Shown here: positions 30,426-41,359 of the stretch, one piece after another
Numbering within the stretch: the stretch's first letter is position 1
How the letters are laid out: every line of letters begins with the position of its first letter
Assembly: GCA_018702955.1 (NCBI GenBank)
Contig: JABJEK010000022.1
Location: forward strand, 21,789 to 85,788
Direction: 5' to 3'
Source: Rhodospirillaceae bacterium
Lineage (GTDB): Bacteria > Pseudomonadota > Alphaproteobacteria > UBA6615
DNA: 64,000 nt
Notes under the pieces: generated by a model
The model's input: the letters and a program-made list of their open reading frames with translations, nothing else
What the model was told of the DNA's origin: nothing
The model's database searches: none
Made by a program: the position numbers and the translations under genes

Positions 30426-31832
30426 TTGGAATATGTAAGCACCAGGGGCACCGCGCCGGCGTTGGAATTCGAAGACGTTTTGTTGAGCGGACTTGCGCGC
30501 GACGGCGGATTATTTGTGCCGGCATCCTGGCCTTCCATCGACAATGACGACATTCGCGCCCTGCAGGGGCTCGGATATGCCGAAATCGCGGCGCGGATCG
30601 TGCGCCCGTTCATCGAGAAAGATGTCCTCAGCGACGCGGAGCTGAAACAGCTCACGCAGGAAACCTATGCGGGGTTTGATCACCCCGATGTGGCCCCGCT
30701 GCGCCAGATCGATGACGACACTTGGTTATTGGAGTTGTTTCACGGGCCCACGCTCGCGTTCAAGGATTTCGCACTCCAGTTGCTTGGGCGGCTGTTCGAG
30801 CATGTGCTGGCCCGACGTGGTGCGCGCATTACGATCGTTGGCGCCACCTCGGGTGACACCGGTTCGGCCGCGATAGAGGCCTGCCGGGACCGCAGCAACC
30901 TCGATATCTTCATGCTCCATCCGCAAGGCCGTGTGTCCGAGGTTCAGCGGCGGCAGATGACGACCATCGTTGCCGACAATGTCTACAACATCGCGCTGGA
31001 CGGGACGTTCGACGATTGCCAGGACCTTGTGAAGGCGCTGTTTGCGGATCACGATTTGCGTGACGAGATTGGGTTGTCGGCCGTGAACTCGATCAACTGG
31101 GCCCGGATCATGGGCCAGACAGCCTATTATTTTGCCGCCGGTGCGAAACTCGGCGCGCCCGACGAGGCGCTGACCTTCGTAGTGCCGACCGGAAATTTCG
31201 GCAATGTCTATTCGGCTTATGTCGCACGTCAGATGGGACTGCCGATCTCCCGGCTGATCGTGGCGTCCAATCGCAATGATATCCTCTATCGCTTCTTCGC
31301 CAGGGGGGACATGTCCATTTCCTCCGTCGAGCCATCGCTCTCGCCGAGCATGGACATTCAGGTATCGAGCAACTTCGAACGTCTGATGTTCGACCTTCTC
31401 GACCGGGATGGGGCCGCCGTCGAAGAGGCCATGCGCGTGTTTCGACAGGACGGTGTCCTGCCGGATTCACAGAAACTCAGCGATGATGCGCGCGGCTTGT
31501 TTGAGGCGCACCGCCTCGATGATGACGAAACACTCGAAGTGATCCGCGACGTGCATGCGCAATCGGGGGTTCTGGTTGATCCGCATACGGCGGTTGGAAT
31601 TGGTGCGGCCCGCAAGGCTCCGCGAGACGGACACAAGCGGGTTGTTCTCGCCACGGCCCATCCGGCGAAATTTCCCGATGCGGTCGAGAAGGCGACGGGA
31701 ATTCGACCGGAACTGCCATCGCATCTGTCGGACCTGCTGGATCGCCCGGAACAGGCAGAGACCATTGAGAATGATGTTGCGGCTGTGCGCGCGTTTGTGC
31801 GCGCCCATGCGGCGGCACGAAACACAGGTTGA
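30426..31832 (+). CDS. thrC: Threonine synthase
   Basis: YVSTRG, ELFHGPTLAFKD (PLP Lys), ATSGDTG, NSINWAR, VPTGNFG, ATAHPAKF; TTG start at 30426. Confidence 0.97.
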   Translation: MEYVSTRGTAPALEFEDVLLSGLARDGGLFVPASWPSIDNDDIRALQGLGYAEIAARIVRPFIEKDVLSDAELKQLTQETYAGFDHPDVAPLRQIDDDTWLLELFHGPTLAFKDFALQLLGRLFEHVLARRGARITIVGATSGDTGSAAIEACRDRSNLDIFMLHPQGRVSEVQRRQMTTIVADNVYNIALDGTFDDCQDLVKALFADHDLRDEIGLSAVNSINWARIMGQTAYYFAAGAKLGAPDEALTFVVPTGNFGNVYSAYVARQMGLPISRLIVASNRNDILYRFFARGDMSISSVEPSLSPSMDIQVSSNFERLMFDLLDRDGAAVEEAMRVFRQDGVLPDSQKLSDDARGLFEAHRLDDDETLEVIRDVHAQSGVLVDPHTAVGIGAARKAPRDGHKRVVLATAHPAKFPDAVEKATGIRPELPSHLSDLLDRPEQAETIENDVAAVRAFVRAHAAARNTG

Positions 31833-31840
31833 GAGCGCCC

Positions 31841-33103
31841 ATGAGTGACGTCCAGATAACCACGCTCCCCAACGGAGTCCGGGTGGTGAGCGACGAAATG
31901 CCGACCGTTGAATCCGTATCCATCGGCATGTGGGTGCGGGCCGGCGCCCGTTTCGAGGCCCCCGAGGTGAACGGCGTGGCACATTTGCTCGAACACATGA
32001 TGTTCAAGGGCACGCCGCGTCGGACCTCCCAGCAGATTGCCGAGACGATCGAGAGCGTGGGCGGGCATATCAATGCCTATACAGCGCGTGAAGTCACCGC
32101 CTATTACGCCAAGGTGTTGAAGGATGACGCCGGGTTGGCGATCGATGTGATCGCGGACTTCATGCAGAACTCGCTCTTCGATGAGAATGAGCTGGGCCGC
32201 GAGCGTTCCGTGGTGCTGCAGGAAATCGGGCAGGCGCGCGACACGCCCGACGATGTGGTGTTCGACAATTTCCAGGCCATTGCATTTCCCGAGCAGCCCC
32301 TGGGCCGCCCGGTTCTGGGCCGCCCCGAAGTTGTTGGGCAAATGCCGCGTGACGCTATCGTTGGCTTCCACGGACGGCATTACCATGGCGGGTCGATCGT
32401 ATTGGCCGCCGCGGGCAATATTACGCATGACGCGTTGGTGGCGCTGGCGGAAGATCATTTGTCCGATGTGCCCGCAGGCACGGCGCAGGCCTTGCCCGTG
32501 GCGCAGTATGGCGGCGGTGAAAGCCGCGAAGCACGCGAGCTTGAGCAGGTCCATTTTGTCATCGGGTTTCGCGGTGCGCCGGTCGGGTCCGAAGAGTATT
32601 ACGCCTTGTCGGTACTCTCGAACCTCTTCGGCGGTGGCATGTCATCGCGCCTTTTCCAGGAAATCCGCGAGCGACGCGGGCTGGTTTACTCGATCGACAC
32701 GTTTCTCTCGGCTTTCTCGGACGAAGGCGTGTTCGGGATTTACGCCGGGACCGGGCCGGACCTCATCGAGGAGTTTGTCCCGGCCCTGTGCGACGAGATT
32801 TCCCGGCTGTCCTCCACACTGGGTGGCGATGAAATCGCCCGTGCGCGCACGCAGTTGAAGGCCAACCTGCTGATGGGTATGGAATCCACCGGTGCGAGGG
32901 CCGAACGCGCGGGACAGCAGATGCTGTTGTATGATCGGGTGGTATCGGTCGGTGAACTTGTCGAAAAGATCGAAAACGTGACACCTGAAACTCTCGCGAT
33001 CAGTGCGCAGCGGTTGCTCGAATCCACGCCGTGCCTGGCCACAATCGGGCCGGCGACAAAAATGGAATCATTCGACGCGATCCGAAGCCGACTGGCGGCA
33101 TAA
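31841..33103 (+). CDS. M16 family zinc peptidase (pitrilysin/MPP-like)
   Basis: Inverted zincin AHLLEHMMFKGT, INAYT.RE, GGGMSSRLFQEIRE.RGL.Y. Confidence 0.95.
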   Translation: MSDVQITTLPNGVRVVSDEMPTVESVSIGMWVRAGARFEAPEVNGVAHLLEHMMFKGTPRRTSQQIAETIESVGGHINAYTAREVTAYYAKVLKDDAGLAIDVIADFMQNSLFDENELGRERSVVLQEIGQARDTPDDVVFDNFQAIAFPEQPLGRPVLGRPEVVGQMPRDAIVGFHGRHYHGGSIVLAAAGNITHDALVALAEDHLSDVPAGTAQALPVAQYGGGESREARELEQVHFVIGFRGAPVGSEEYYALSVLSNLFGGGMSSRLFQEIRERRGLVYSIDTFLSAFSDEGVFGIYAGTGPDLIEEFVPALCDEISRLSSTLGGDEIARARTQLKANLLMGMESTGARAERAGQQMLLYDRVVSVGELVEKIENVTPETLAISAQRLLESTPCLATIGPATKMESFDAIRSRLAA

Positions 33104-33113
33104 GGGCACGGCG

Positions 33114-33725
33114 ATGCGGTTGTTTCGTTCCTTCTCGGGTAATGCCACCAGCGTGAGGCTGGAGGGTCGGCGTACGTTTCTGCGTCCGCCGGTCGAGCGC
33201 GACTGGCGTTCCTACGCCGAGATTCGCGCCGCCAGCCGGCAGTTTCTGGAGCCCTGGGAGCCGACCTGGCCATCGGACGCGCTGAGCCGTGATGCGTTTT
33301 ATCGGCGGCTGAACCGCTATGCCAGCGACTGGCGTAACGATACCGGCTACAGCATGTTCGTCTTTGAGCAGGAAAGCGCAGCACTCCTTGGCGGGATCAG
33401 CCTGTCAAACGTGCGCCGCGGTGTCGCCCAATGCGGCACCCTGGGCTACTGGATTGGCGAATCTTATGCGGGCCAGGGCTATATGCGTGAGGGGCTGGAG
33501 CTGTTGCTCGGCTTCTGCTTCTCCGAGCTGGGGCTGCACCGGGTCGAAGCGGCCTGTCTGCCCAGCAATGAGGCTAGTCGGGGCCTGCTGACCGCGTCAG
33601 GTTTTTCGGAAGATGGGTTTGCGCGGAAGTACCTCAAGATCAGGGGTGTCTGGCAGGACCATGTGCTGTTCTCCAAGCTGTCCGAGGACCATGGTGTCGC
33701 GGCGTCGCGCATGCCGGGCTCATAA
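33114..33725 (+). CDS. RimJ/RimL-type GNAT N-acetyltransferase
   Basis: FLEPWEP, LGYWIG...GQGYM, LHRVEAACLP.N.AS, YLKI.G.WQDH. Confidence 0.9.
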   Translation: MRLFRSFSGNATSVRLEGRRTFLRPPVERDWRSYAEIRAASRQFLEPWEPTWPSDALSRDAFYRRLNRYASDWRNDTGYSMFVFEQESAALLGGISLSNVRRGVAQCGTLGYWIGESYAGQGYMREGLELLLGFCFSELGLHRVEAACLPSNEASRGLLTASGFSEDGFARKYLKIRGVWQDHVLFSKLSEDHGVAASRMPGS

Positions 33726-33747
33726 CCACGCTGGTGCAGCTCCCGTC

Positions 33748-34956
33748 ATGACCGCCCCCAATGTTTCAACCAAGGTCATGGCGCGCAAACGACTTCGCGT
33801 GCTGACCATCCTGCTGACCAGCGGTCTGGCCTTTCTCGCACCGTCGGCGATCGCACCCGGCCTCCCGGCACTTCAGGCGGATTACGCACATGTGGATCAC
33901 GCTGCGTTCCTGTCGCCGCTCGTGTTCACAATGCCCATGCTGTTCATCGCCCTGGCGGGGCCGTTCGTCGGCTACGCCGTGGATCGGTTCGGGCGCCGCA
34001 ACGTGTTGATCACCTCGACCGTGCTGTACGGCCTCGCGGGTGTTTCCGGGCTGGTGATCGATTCGATTGTCCTGCTGCTTGTCAGCAGGGCGCTTCTGGG
34101 AATCTTTCTCGCGGGGATCATGACCAGTGTCACCGCGCTGGTCGGGGATTATTTCGAGGGCCCGGAGCGCAACCGCGTGGCGGGCCTGCAAGGCGCATTC
34201 ATGTCACTCGGTACACTGACCTTCGTCGTGATAGCGGGGTTGCTTGCCGAAATTCACTGGCGCGTCGGCTTTGCGTTGTTTGCGACGGCATTTGCGTTGC
34301 TGCCGCTCATGTTTCTCAGCCTGTATGAGCCGGGTCGTGCTCAGGGTGTCGACGCGAGCGCACCGGAACCGCCGCCGACCGGGCGCCAGTGGACTGCGAT
34401 TGGTCTGTTTTGCGGCCTCGCATTCATATCGATGGTCATACTGTTTCTGATCCCTTCACAGACGGCATTTTTCCTGGCCGAAATCGGGGTGGAGGATCCG
34501 ACGCGCGCGGGGCTGGCGATCGGCCTGTTCAATCTGTCGGCGGGCCTCGCATCGCTGTCCTACAGTCGTGTCCGCAAGCATCTGAGCTCCGAAGCGATCT
34601 TCGCAGTGCTCTTCGCCATCGGCGGGGTCGGGTTCGTCATGATCGGTTTCGCCAACAGCTTCACCGCCACCATGATCGCCATGGGCGTGGGGGGGTTCTC
34701 CGTTGGCGCGTTCCTGCCCAATATCAATCTCGCGATAATTTCACGAACCTCGATGAGCATACGCGGACGCGCACTCGGCGCGCTGACCACGATGTTTTTC
34801 CTGGGTCAGTTCTTCTCGCCGGTCTACGCCGTGCCGATCGCCGGCGTCAGCAGTGTCGGGAATGTATTTGTGGTGAGCGGCGTTGTGCTGTTTGCGCTGA
34901 GCGTCGGGTTCATGGTCTTGTCCGCCGACCAGCGCCTGCGAACCCGCACGCGCTAG
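33748..34956 (+). CDS. MFS transporter
   Basis: Motif A GYAVDRFGRR, about 12 hydrophobic segments, RGRALG; start uncertain. Confidence 0.88.
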   Translation: MTAPNVSTKVMARKRLRVLTILLTSGLAFLAPSAIAPGLPALQADYAHVDHAAFLSPLVFTMPMLFIALAGPFVGYAVDRFGRRNVLITSTVLYGLAGVSGLVIDSIVLLLVSRALLGIFLAGIMTSVTALVGDYFEGPERNRVAGLQGAFMSLGTLTFVVIAGLLAEIHWRVGFALFATAFALLPLMFLSLYEPGRAQGVDASAPEPPPTGRQWTAIGLFCGLAFISMVILFLIPSQTAFFLAEIGVEDPTRAGLAIGLFNLSAGLASLSYSRVRKHLSSEAIFAVLFAIGGVGFVMIGFANSFTATMIAMGVGGFSVGAFLPNINLAIISRTSMSIRGRALGALTTMFFLGQFFSPVYAVPIAGVSSVGNVFVVSGVVLFALSVGFMVLSADQRLRTRTR

Positions 34957-35531
34957 GCGCGGCCGGACGTACCGGACAGAACCGACAGATCGACACCGAT
35001 ACTGTTGAAGGCGCGTTCCCACTTGTCGTCGTCGCTGACCTCGAACATCAGGTTTTCGTCATAGGGTACGGAGAGCCAGGCGTTGTCGTGGATTTCGGCA
35101 TCGAGTTGCCCCGCGCCCCAACCGGCGTAACCGAGCGCCAGTATCGAGCGTTCCGGACCTTCGCCCTGCGCCAGTGCGCGCAGGATGTCGAGGGTTGCCG
35201 TCAGGCCGACCTGGTCTGTGACCATCAATGTCTCGGAATGGCGGTATTCGCCTGAATGAAGGACGAATCCGCGCTGATTTTCGACGGGACCGCCGAAATG
35301 AACGGTGACATCGCGTGCGCTGTCGGCGGCCGGGATGTCGAGCTGCCCCAGAAGTTCACGGAAGTCGATGGAATCCAGTGTCTTGTTGATCACCAATCCC
35401 ATTGCCCCTTCATCATTATGTGCACACATATAGATGACGGCACGTTCGAATCGCGGATCGGTCATCGCCGGCATCGCCAGGAGCATTTGTCCTTCGAAAT
35501 ACGTCCCCGCCTTGGTTTCGGTGTCGGTCAT
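34953..35531 (-). CDS. YqgE/AlgH family protein
   Basis: LLAMP.M.DPRF..AVIY, GGPV...RGFVLH, GYAGWGAGQL..E, GRA C-terminus. Confidence 0.93.
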   Translation of the reverse strand: MTDTETKAGTYFEGQMLLAMPAMTDPRFERAVIYMCAHNDEGAMGLVINKTLDSIDFRELLGQLDIPAADSARDVTVHFGGPVENQRGFVLHSGEYRHSETLMVTDQVGLTATLDILRALAQGEGPERSILALGYAGWGAGQLDAEIHDNAWLSVPYDENLMFEVSDDDKWERAFNSIGVDLSVLSGTSGRA

Positions 35532-35694
35532 GTTTTCCTGGCTTTCTGATGCCGGTGTCGAAGCTTTATTCCGACACGTAATTGTGAGGGCTGTTGAGCG
35601 GCAAGCCGCTATATTCCGGGCTAATCATTCCTATATTTCAAGCGTAAGAATTATTCATCACCGTCACAGGCACACCAGCCGGGGCTTGAACGAT

Positions 35695-37851
35695 ATGGTA
35701 CCGCGTTTCCGCGAATTTATGCGTCTCGCCGCGATTGTGGCGGTCATTCCGGCTATTTTATGGCCGAGCCTGGCCATGAGCGACGTCGCGACGGATTGGC
35801 TGGAGGGCCCGAAGGCCGATATCCGCCTTATTTCGGCGACGACGGCGGTGGGTGAGCTGGAGACGATCCCGCTGGGAATCGAGGTCCGCCTGGATGACGG
35901 GTGGAAGACCTATTGGCGTTCGCCCGGCGATGCCGGCATTCCGCCCCATGTGGAATGGGCGAATTCAGGCAATCTGGCCACGGCGGCATTCCAGTGGCCC
36001 GCCCCGGTGCGGTTCAACTATTACGACCTGGAGACATTCGGCTACGAGAAGCAGGTCGTCTTCCCGGTCAATGCGCAATTACAGAACGTCGGCGAGGCGG
36101 TTTCGTTGCGCGCGACCGTCGACCTTCTGATCTGCGACGATGTTTGTATTCCCCATACATTTCAGGCGTCACTCGACCTTCCCGCCGGTCCGGCCAATCC
36201 GTCCGAATTCGCAAACATGATCGACCGGTTCCAGAACCAGGTGCCCGGCGACGGCAGTCGCGCGGGGCTGGTTTTCGAGGGTGCAGACGTTTCGGGTACC
36301 AATGTGAAGCCGCTGATCCGAACGGCGTTTCGTGCGGACACGCCGTTTCAGACGCCGGACCTTTTGGTCGAGGGATCGCCCGACGTGGTCTTCTCGAACC
36401 CGGAGTTCGAGTATCTCGAAAATGGCCGCGTCGTCCTGGCGTCGGTCACGGCGGAGGATATCTTCGGTGAGGGGGCGCCGGTTGATCTTGAAAGTGACCC
36501 GCTGATCTTCACCCTGATCGATGGTGCGCGCAGCATCGAGGCCAGCGCCATGCCGCTGGCGGATGGCCTGGCACATGTCGATACCAGCAGTTTGGCGGTC
36601 ACGACGCTGCTGTCGATCATGGCGCTCGCGCTGGTTGGCGGGCTCATTCTGAATCTGATGCCGTGCGTGTTGCCGGTGATATCGATCAAGCTTCTGTCGG
36701 TGGTCAGTCATGGTGGCGGTGATCCGAAGGAAGTCCGCCTCGGCTTCCTGGCCACGACCGCGGGGATCGTCGTGTCCTTCCTGGCGCTGGCGAGCCTCGC
36801 CGTGGGCGTGAAATCGGCTGGATTGGCCGTGGGCTGGGGCATCCAGTTCCAGCAACCGATCTTCGTCGTCGCGCTGGTGGTCATCCTGACCCTGTTTGCC
36901 GCCAACATGTGGGGCCTGTTCGAAGTTCGCCTGCCGGGCAAGGTGTCCGATGTGGCGGTTGCGGCGGGTAACAAGAGCTCGTTGGGCGGGCAGTTCTTTC
37001 AGGGCGCGTTCGCGACGATACTCGCGACACCCTGTACCGCACCGTTCCTTGGCACTTCCATTGGTTTTGCCCTCAGTCGTGGCGCGGTCGAGATCTATTC
37101 GATCTTCCTCGCACTCGGGATCGGGATGGCATCGCCGTTTATACTCGTCGCACTCTTCCCCGTGCTGGCGACGAAACTGCCGCGCCCGGGACCGTGGATG
37201 AATGGTCTCAAGAAATTCCTGTCGCTTGCGCTGATTGCCACGGCCGTCTGGCTGCTGACGGTGATGGCCGTACAGGTGTCGGTCGAGGCCGCGATCATTG
37301 TGGCCGCACTGATGGCCGCGATCTTTGTGCTCTTCGCGCTGCGTAACAGGGTGCCGGAGAGCACGGGCCGGTTGCTTGGCGCGGGTGTCTTCGCCGCGGC
37401 AATTGTTGCCTTCGTCGTGCCGACCGCGTTGCCGGCTCTGGGGATTGGCGTACGCGATCAATCCCAGATCGCCGCCCTTGATGAGGCCTGGGTTCCCTTC
37501 GATCAGGCCGCAATTCCGGCACTCGTGGCGCAAGGTAACGTAGTTTTTGTGGATGTCACGGCGGACTGGTGTATCACCTGTCAGGTCAACAAGAAGCGCG
37601 TCCTGGACACGCAGGCCGTGAATGACGTCTTCGAGCGCGGCGATGTGGTTTTAATGCGCGCGGACTGGACCAGGCCAAACGATACGATCGCCCGGTATCT
37701 CGCGTCATTCAGCCGCTTCGGCATTCCGTTCAATGTCATCTACGGGCCGGAGTCGCCCCGCGGCGTGGTGTTGCCGGAATTATTGTCGAGCAGCGCGGTC
37801 ATCGGCGGGCTGACTGAAGCAGGCCTGACGACGGCGGTGGCCGAAAGATAA
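35695..37851 (+). CDS. DsbD/ScsB-like protein-disulfide reductase
   Basis: GWKTYWRSPGDAG, CDDVCIP, TM domain NLMPCVLP and ATPCTAP, C-terminal thioredoxin ADWCITC; start approximate. Confidence 0.92.
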   Translation: MVPRFREFMRLAAIVAVIPAILWPSLAMSDVATDWLEGPKADIRLISATTAVGELETIPLGIEVRLDDGWKTYWRSPGDAGIPPHVEWANSGNLATAAFQWPAPVRFNYYDLETFGYEKQVVFPVNAQLQNVGEAVSLRATVDLLICDDVCIPHTFQASLDLPAGPANPSEFANMIDRFQNQVPGDGSRAGLVFEGADVSGTNVKPLIRTAFRADTPFQTPDLLVEGSPDVVFSNPEFEYLENGRVVLASVTAEDIFGEGAPVDLESDPLIFTLIDGARSIEASAMPLADGLAHVDTSSLAVTTLLSIMALALVGGLILNLMPCVLPVISIKLLSVVSHGGGDPKEVRLGFLATTAGIVVSFLALASLAVGVKSAGLAVGWGIQFQQPIFVVALVVILTLFAANMWGLFEVRLPGKVSDVAVAAGNKSSLGGQFFQGAFATILATPCTAPFLGTSIGFALSRGAVEIYSIFLALGIGMASPFILVALFPVLATKLPRPGPWMNGLKKFLSLALIATAVWLLTVMAVQVSVEAAIIVAALMAAIFVLFALRNRVPESTGRLLGAGVFAAAIVAFVVPTALPALGIGVRDQSQIAALDEAWVPFDQAAIPALVAQGNVVFVDVTADWCITCQVNKKRVLDTQAVNDVFERGDVVLMRADWTRPNDTIARYLASFSRFGIPFNVIYGPESPRGVVLPELLSSSAVIGGLTEAGLTTAVAER

Positions 37852-37992
37852 TTCTCCCGGTTGGATTTTCCACCGTTCCAAGGCTGGAACTTTCCGAAAT
37901 TCAGACTATGTTGCGAACCGATATCAATGATGAGGTCGGTCCGGACGGGTTTGTTCGAACGACCCGAAACACACCCGATCGAGGAGAGACAG

Positions 37993-38475
37993 ATGGCTAT
38001 CAATGTAGGTGACAAGATTCCGGCGAGCGCACTCGCCCACAAGACGGCGGACGGCATCGATCAGGTCTCGACCGACGATCTGTTCAACGGCAAGAAGGTT
38101 GTTCTGTTTTCGGTGCCCGGCGCTTTCACGCCGACCTGCTCGGCGCAGCACCTGCCCGGTTTCGTGCAGAAGGCCGACGAGCTCAAGGCCAAGGGTGTCG
38201 ACACGATTGCCTGCATGGCCGTCAATGACCCGTTTGTCATGGAAGCCTGGGGCAAGGATCAGGCGGTCGGCGACAATGTGATGATGCTGGCTGACGGTTC
38301 GGCCGCCTTCACCAAGGAACTCGGCATGGAACTCGATCTCGTGGATCGCGGACTTGGTGTGCGCAGCCAGCGTTTCGCCATGATTGTCGACAATGGCACG
38401 GTAACGGAAGTTCTTCTGGACGATGGCGGTGCCTTCGAGAAAAGCTCGGCCGAGAGTGTTCTCGAACATCTCTAG
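37993..38475 (+). CDS. Peroxiredoxin (Prx5 subfamily)
   Basis: VPGAFTPTCSAQHLP, VNDPFVM.AW, GVRSQRFA; RBS GAGGAG. Confidence 0.95.
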   Translation: MAINVGDKIPASALAHKTADGIDQVSTDDLFNGKKVVLFSVPGAFTPTCSAQHLPGFVQKADELKAKGVDTIACMAVNDPFVMEAWGKDQAVGDNVMMLADGSAAFTKELGMELDLVDRGLGVRSQRFAMIVDNGTVTEVLLDDGGAFEKSSAESVLEHL

Positions 38476-38498
38476 GTTTTCAGCCGTTCGATAAGATT

Positions 38499-38524
38499 AC
38501 GGGGGCCTTCGGGCCCCCGTTTTC
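38499..38524 (+). terminator. Intrinsic terminator between convergent prx and rnhA
   Basis: ACGGGGGCC-TTCG-GGCCCCCGT followed by a T run. Confidence 0.85.
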
Positions 38525-38552
38525 GTTCTGACGGTCGTGTTTGGGCGATCTG

Positions 38553-38996
38553 TCAGTAGCTGGGGATGATCGCGTTGCGGGCGATCTCGTCGGCGCGCTC
38601 ATTGTCCGGGTGCCCGTCATGCCCCTTGACCCAATGCCACTCAATGTCATGTGGTGCCATCGCCAGTTCAAGGCGTTTCCACAAGTCGACATTCTTGACC
38701 GGCTTCCTGGCCGCTGTCTTCCAGCCGTTGCGCTTCCAGTTGTGAATCCATTTCATGATTCCATCGCGCACATAGGTTGAATCCGTAAAGAGATCGATCA
38801 ACGAGGGCTGCTTGAGTTCCTCGAGCGCCGCGATGGCCGCCATGAGCTCCATCCGATTGTTCGTTGTTTCGTCTTCGCCGCCCGAGAGTTCCTTCTCATG
38901 TTCGCCGGCCCTTAGAATGGCGCCCCAGCCGCCGGGCCCGGGATTACCCGAGCAAGCGCCGTCGGTGTAGATCACGACCCGGTTTGTATCATTCAT
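38553..38996 (-). CDS. rnhA: Ribonuclease HI
   Basis: [33 protein letters not shown]...NERAD. Confidence 0.98.
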   Translation of the reverse strand: MNDTNRVVIYTDGACSGNPGPGGWGAILRAGEHEKELSGGEDETTNNRMELMAAIAALEELKQPSLIDLFTDSTYVRDGIMKWIHNWKRNGWKTAARKPVKNVDLWKRLELAMAPHDIEWHWVKGHDGHPDNERADEIARNAIIPSY

Positions 38997-39991
38997 GTAC
39001 TTACATCCTCGAAGCTGACGCCATAGGCGCCCGGGCCATCCACCTGCTGATGGAACCGCAGCCGGCCCAGAAATTGTTTAGGGTCCTTCGGTTGTACGAA
39101 GGCCGTCTTGTCATGATTGACCCAGTCATACAGGCGGGTCAGCAGAAAGCGGAGCGCGCTGCCGCGTGCCAGCCGGGGAAGGGCGTCGAACTCCCGTCGG
39201 GTGAGGGGCCGGACCGACGCGTAGCCGCGCAACAGTGCGCGGGCCTTGGTGACGTTCAGGCTGTTGTCGGCCTCGAAGCACCAGGCATTGATGCAGATTG
39301 CCAGGTCATAGGCCAGCGCGTCGTTGCAGGCGAAGTAGAAGTCGATGAAGCCTGAGAGATTTTCCCCGAGGAAGAACACATTGTCGGGAAACAGGTCCGC
39401 GTGGATCACGCCGGTCGGCAGATTGTCCGGCCAGTTGGCCGAGATTTCGCCAAGTTCCGCGTCGAGCAGGCCTTTCAGGCCGGGGACGACATCATCGGCC
39501 TGGTCGCGGGTCTGGGCGACGAGGGTTTGCCACCCCGTGACCGACATATTATTGGCGCGATGGCCGTCGTAACTTTGCCCGGCCTCGTGCATATGTGCCA
39601 ATGCTGCGCCGAGTTTGGCACAGTGCTTGGGCGTGCTTTTCTTGGGCCAGATGCCGGATAGGAACGAGACGATTGCGGCGGGGCGGCCAGCCAGTTCGCG
39701 CAGTGCCGCGCCATCGCGCCCATGGATCGGGGTCGGGCATGAAATTCCACTCTCTGCCAGATGATCCATCAGGCCCAGGAAATATGGGAGATCGTCGCGA
39801 TGCACCCGCTTCTCGTACAGGGTCAGGATATAGCTCTGGGGGGCGGCGTTATCCGCCGTCACGGTCTGCAGCAGATAGTTGGTGTTCTCGACGCCTTCCG
39901 CGATGCCCTTGAGCGATACGACTTCGCCGATATCGTAATCGCCAAGAAAGGCAACGAGGTCTTCGTCGGTGACGTCGGTGTAGACGGCCAT
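38993..39991 (-). CDS. thrB: Homoserine kinase (type II)
   Basis: [41 protein letters not shown]; ispH-thrB-rnhA order. Confidence 0.95.
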   Translation of the reverse strand: MAVYTDVTDEDLVAFLGDYDIGEVVSLKGIAEGVENTNYLLQTVTADNAAPQSYILTLYEKRVHRDDLPYFLGLMDHLAESGISCPTPIHGRDGAALRELAGRPAAIVSFLSGIWPKKSTPKHCAKLGAALAHMHEAGQSYDGHRANNMSVTGWQTLVAQTRDQADDVVPGLKGLLDAELGEISANWPDNLPTGVIHADLFPDNVFFLGENLSGFIDFYFACNDALAYDLAICINAWCFEADNSLNVTKARALLRGYASVRPLTRREFDALPRLARGSALRFLLTRLYDWVNHDKTAFVQPKDPKQFLGRLRFHQQVDGPGAYGVSFEDVST

Positions 39992-40002
39992 CGGAGCGCG
40001 CG

Positions 40003-40947
40003 CTAGGCGATCAGGGCGCGGGGGAGATTGAAATGCACATTCTCCTCACGCACCGAGATTTCCTCGATTGTGACGTCGTAGCGCGTGCGGCACGCCTCGA
40101 CGAATTCTTCGACCAGCGTTTCGGGTGCCGATGCTCCCGCGGTCAGGCCGAGGGTGTTGTAGCCGTCGAAACGGTCCCAATCCATGCCGCTCGCGCGTTC
40201 GACCAGGGCGGCATCCTGGCAGCCCGATCGCAATGCCACCTCGACGAGGCGATTTGAGTTCGAGGAGTTCGGCGCACCGATCACGATCATGGCGTCGCAC
40301 CGTTCGGCGATGGCCTTCACCGCTTCCTGACGGTTCGTGGTCGCATAGCAGATGTCTTCCGAACCCGGTTCCGCAATATTCGGGAACTTCGCGCGCAGTG
40401 CCTCGACGATCGCCGCCGTGTCGTCGACCGAAAGGGTCGTCTGGGTCACGTATGCGAGTTCCGTTTCCTCGGGAATATCGAGTGTCGCGACATCCTCGAC
40501 CGTTTCGACCAGGGTCATCGAGCCATCGGGCAGCTGGCCCATGGTACCGATCACCTCGGGATGTCCTTCGTGGCCAATCAACAGGAGATGTCGGCCCGTG
40601 CGTTGCTGATGCTGGGCCTGGTTGTGCGCCTTGCTGACCAGCGGGCAGGTGGCGTCGAGATAGAACAGATCGCGGCGCTCGGCCTCCACCGGCACGGATT
40701 TGGGCACCCCATGCGCCGAAAAGATCACCTTCGCGTCATCGGGAACTTCCGAGAGCTCGTCCACGAAGACGGCACCCTGTCGCTCGAGATTCTCGACGAC
40801 GAACCGGTTATGGACGATCTCGTGACGGACATATATTGGCCGGCCATAGCGTTCCAGCGCCTGCTCAACAATCTGAATGGCCCGATCAACGCCGGCGCAA
40901 AAGCCACGCGGTTGCGCCAGCAGGATCGTCAGGGGTGATTTTGACAT
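40003..40947 (-). CDS. ispH: 4-hydroxy-3-methylbut-2-enyl diphosphate reductase
   Basis: [44 protein letters not shown]. Confidence 0.98.
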   Translation of the reverse strand: MSKSPLTILLAQPRGFCAGVDRAIQIVEQALERYGRPIYVRHEIVHNRFVVENLERQGAVFVDELSEVPDDAKVIFSAHGVPKSVPVEAERRDLFYLDATCPLVSKAHNQAQHQQRTGRHLLLIGHEGHPEVIGTMGQLPDGSMTLVETVEDVATLDIPEETELAYVTQTTLSVDDTAAIVEALRAKFPNIAEPGSEDICYATTNRQEAVKAIAERCDAMIVIGAPNSSNSNRLVEVALRSGCQDAALVERASGMDWDRFDGYNTLGLTAGASAPETLVEEFVEACRTRYDVTIEEISVREENVHFNLPRALIA

Positions 40948-41100
40948 CGAACTATTCCGAAACGCGTTGTGGAGCCACGACCGACCTTGTTCTCGGTCCG
41001 CCGCTCTCGTAATGTTTTCGCGCGGTCATTTACCGCGTACCCGTAATATCTTAGAGGCGCGGCACGGTGCAAGGCACGGTGCGATGTGCGGAGAAGAGTG

Positions 41101-41340
41101 ATGGCGGATCCTGAGATCGCTCAGAAAGAACCAATCGCCGTGGATGTGATTCCCGGGCGGAAATATTGGTGGTGCGTCTGCGGACGCAGCAAGAAGCAGC
41201 CTTTCTGTGACAGCGCCCACAAGGGCACCGATTTCGAGCCGGTGATGTTCGAAAGCGATGAAGCCAAGACCATCTGGTTCTGTTGCTGCAAGCAGACCGG
41301 TGACAAGCCGTTCTGCGACGGCACGCACAACACGCTTTGA
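41101..41340 (+). CDS. CDGSH [2Fe-2S] protein with two CDGSH-type motifs
   Basis: WCVCGRSKKQPFCDSAH and CCCKQTGDKPFCDGTH. Confidence 0.92.
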   Translation: MADPEIAQKEPIAVDVIPGRKYWWCVCGRSKKQPFCDSAHKGTDFEPVMFESDEAKTIWFCCCKQTGDKPFCDGTHNTL

Positions 41341-41359
41341 TTGGATAATTGCTGATCCC

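Noticed and set aside
37886..37912. EcfG-type promoter before the peroxiredoxin
   Set aside because: GGAAC-N18-TGTT deviates in both spacing and -10 from GGAAC-N16/17-CGTT; too weak.
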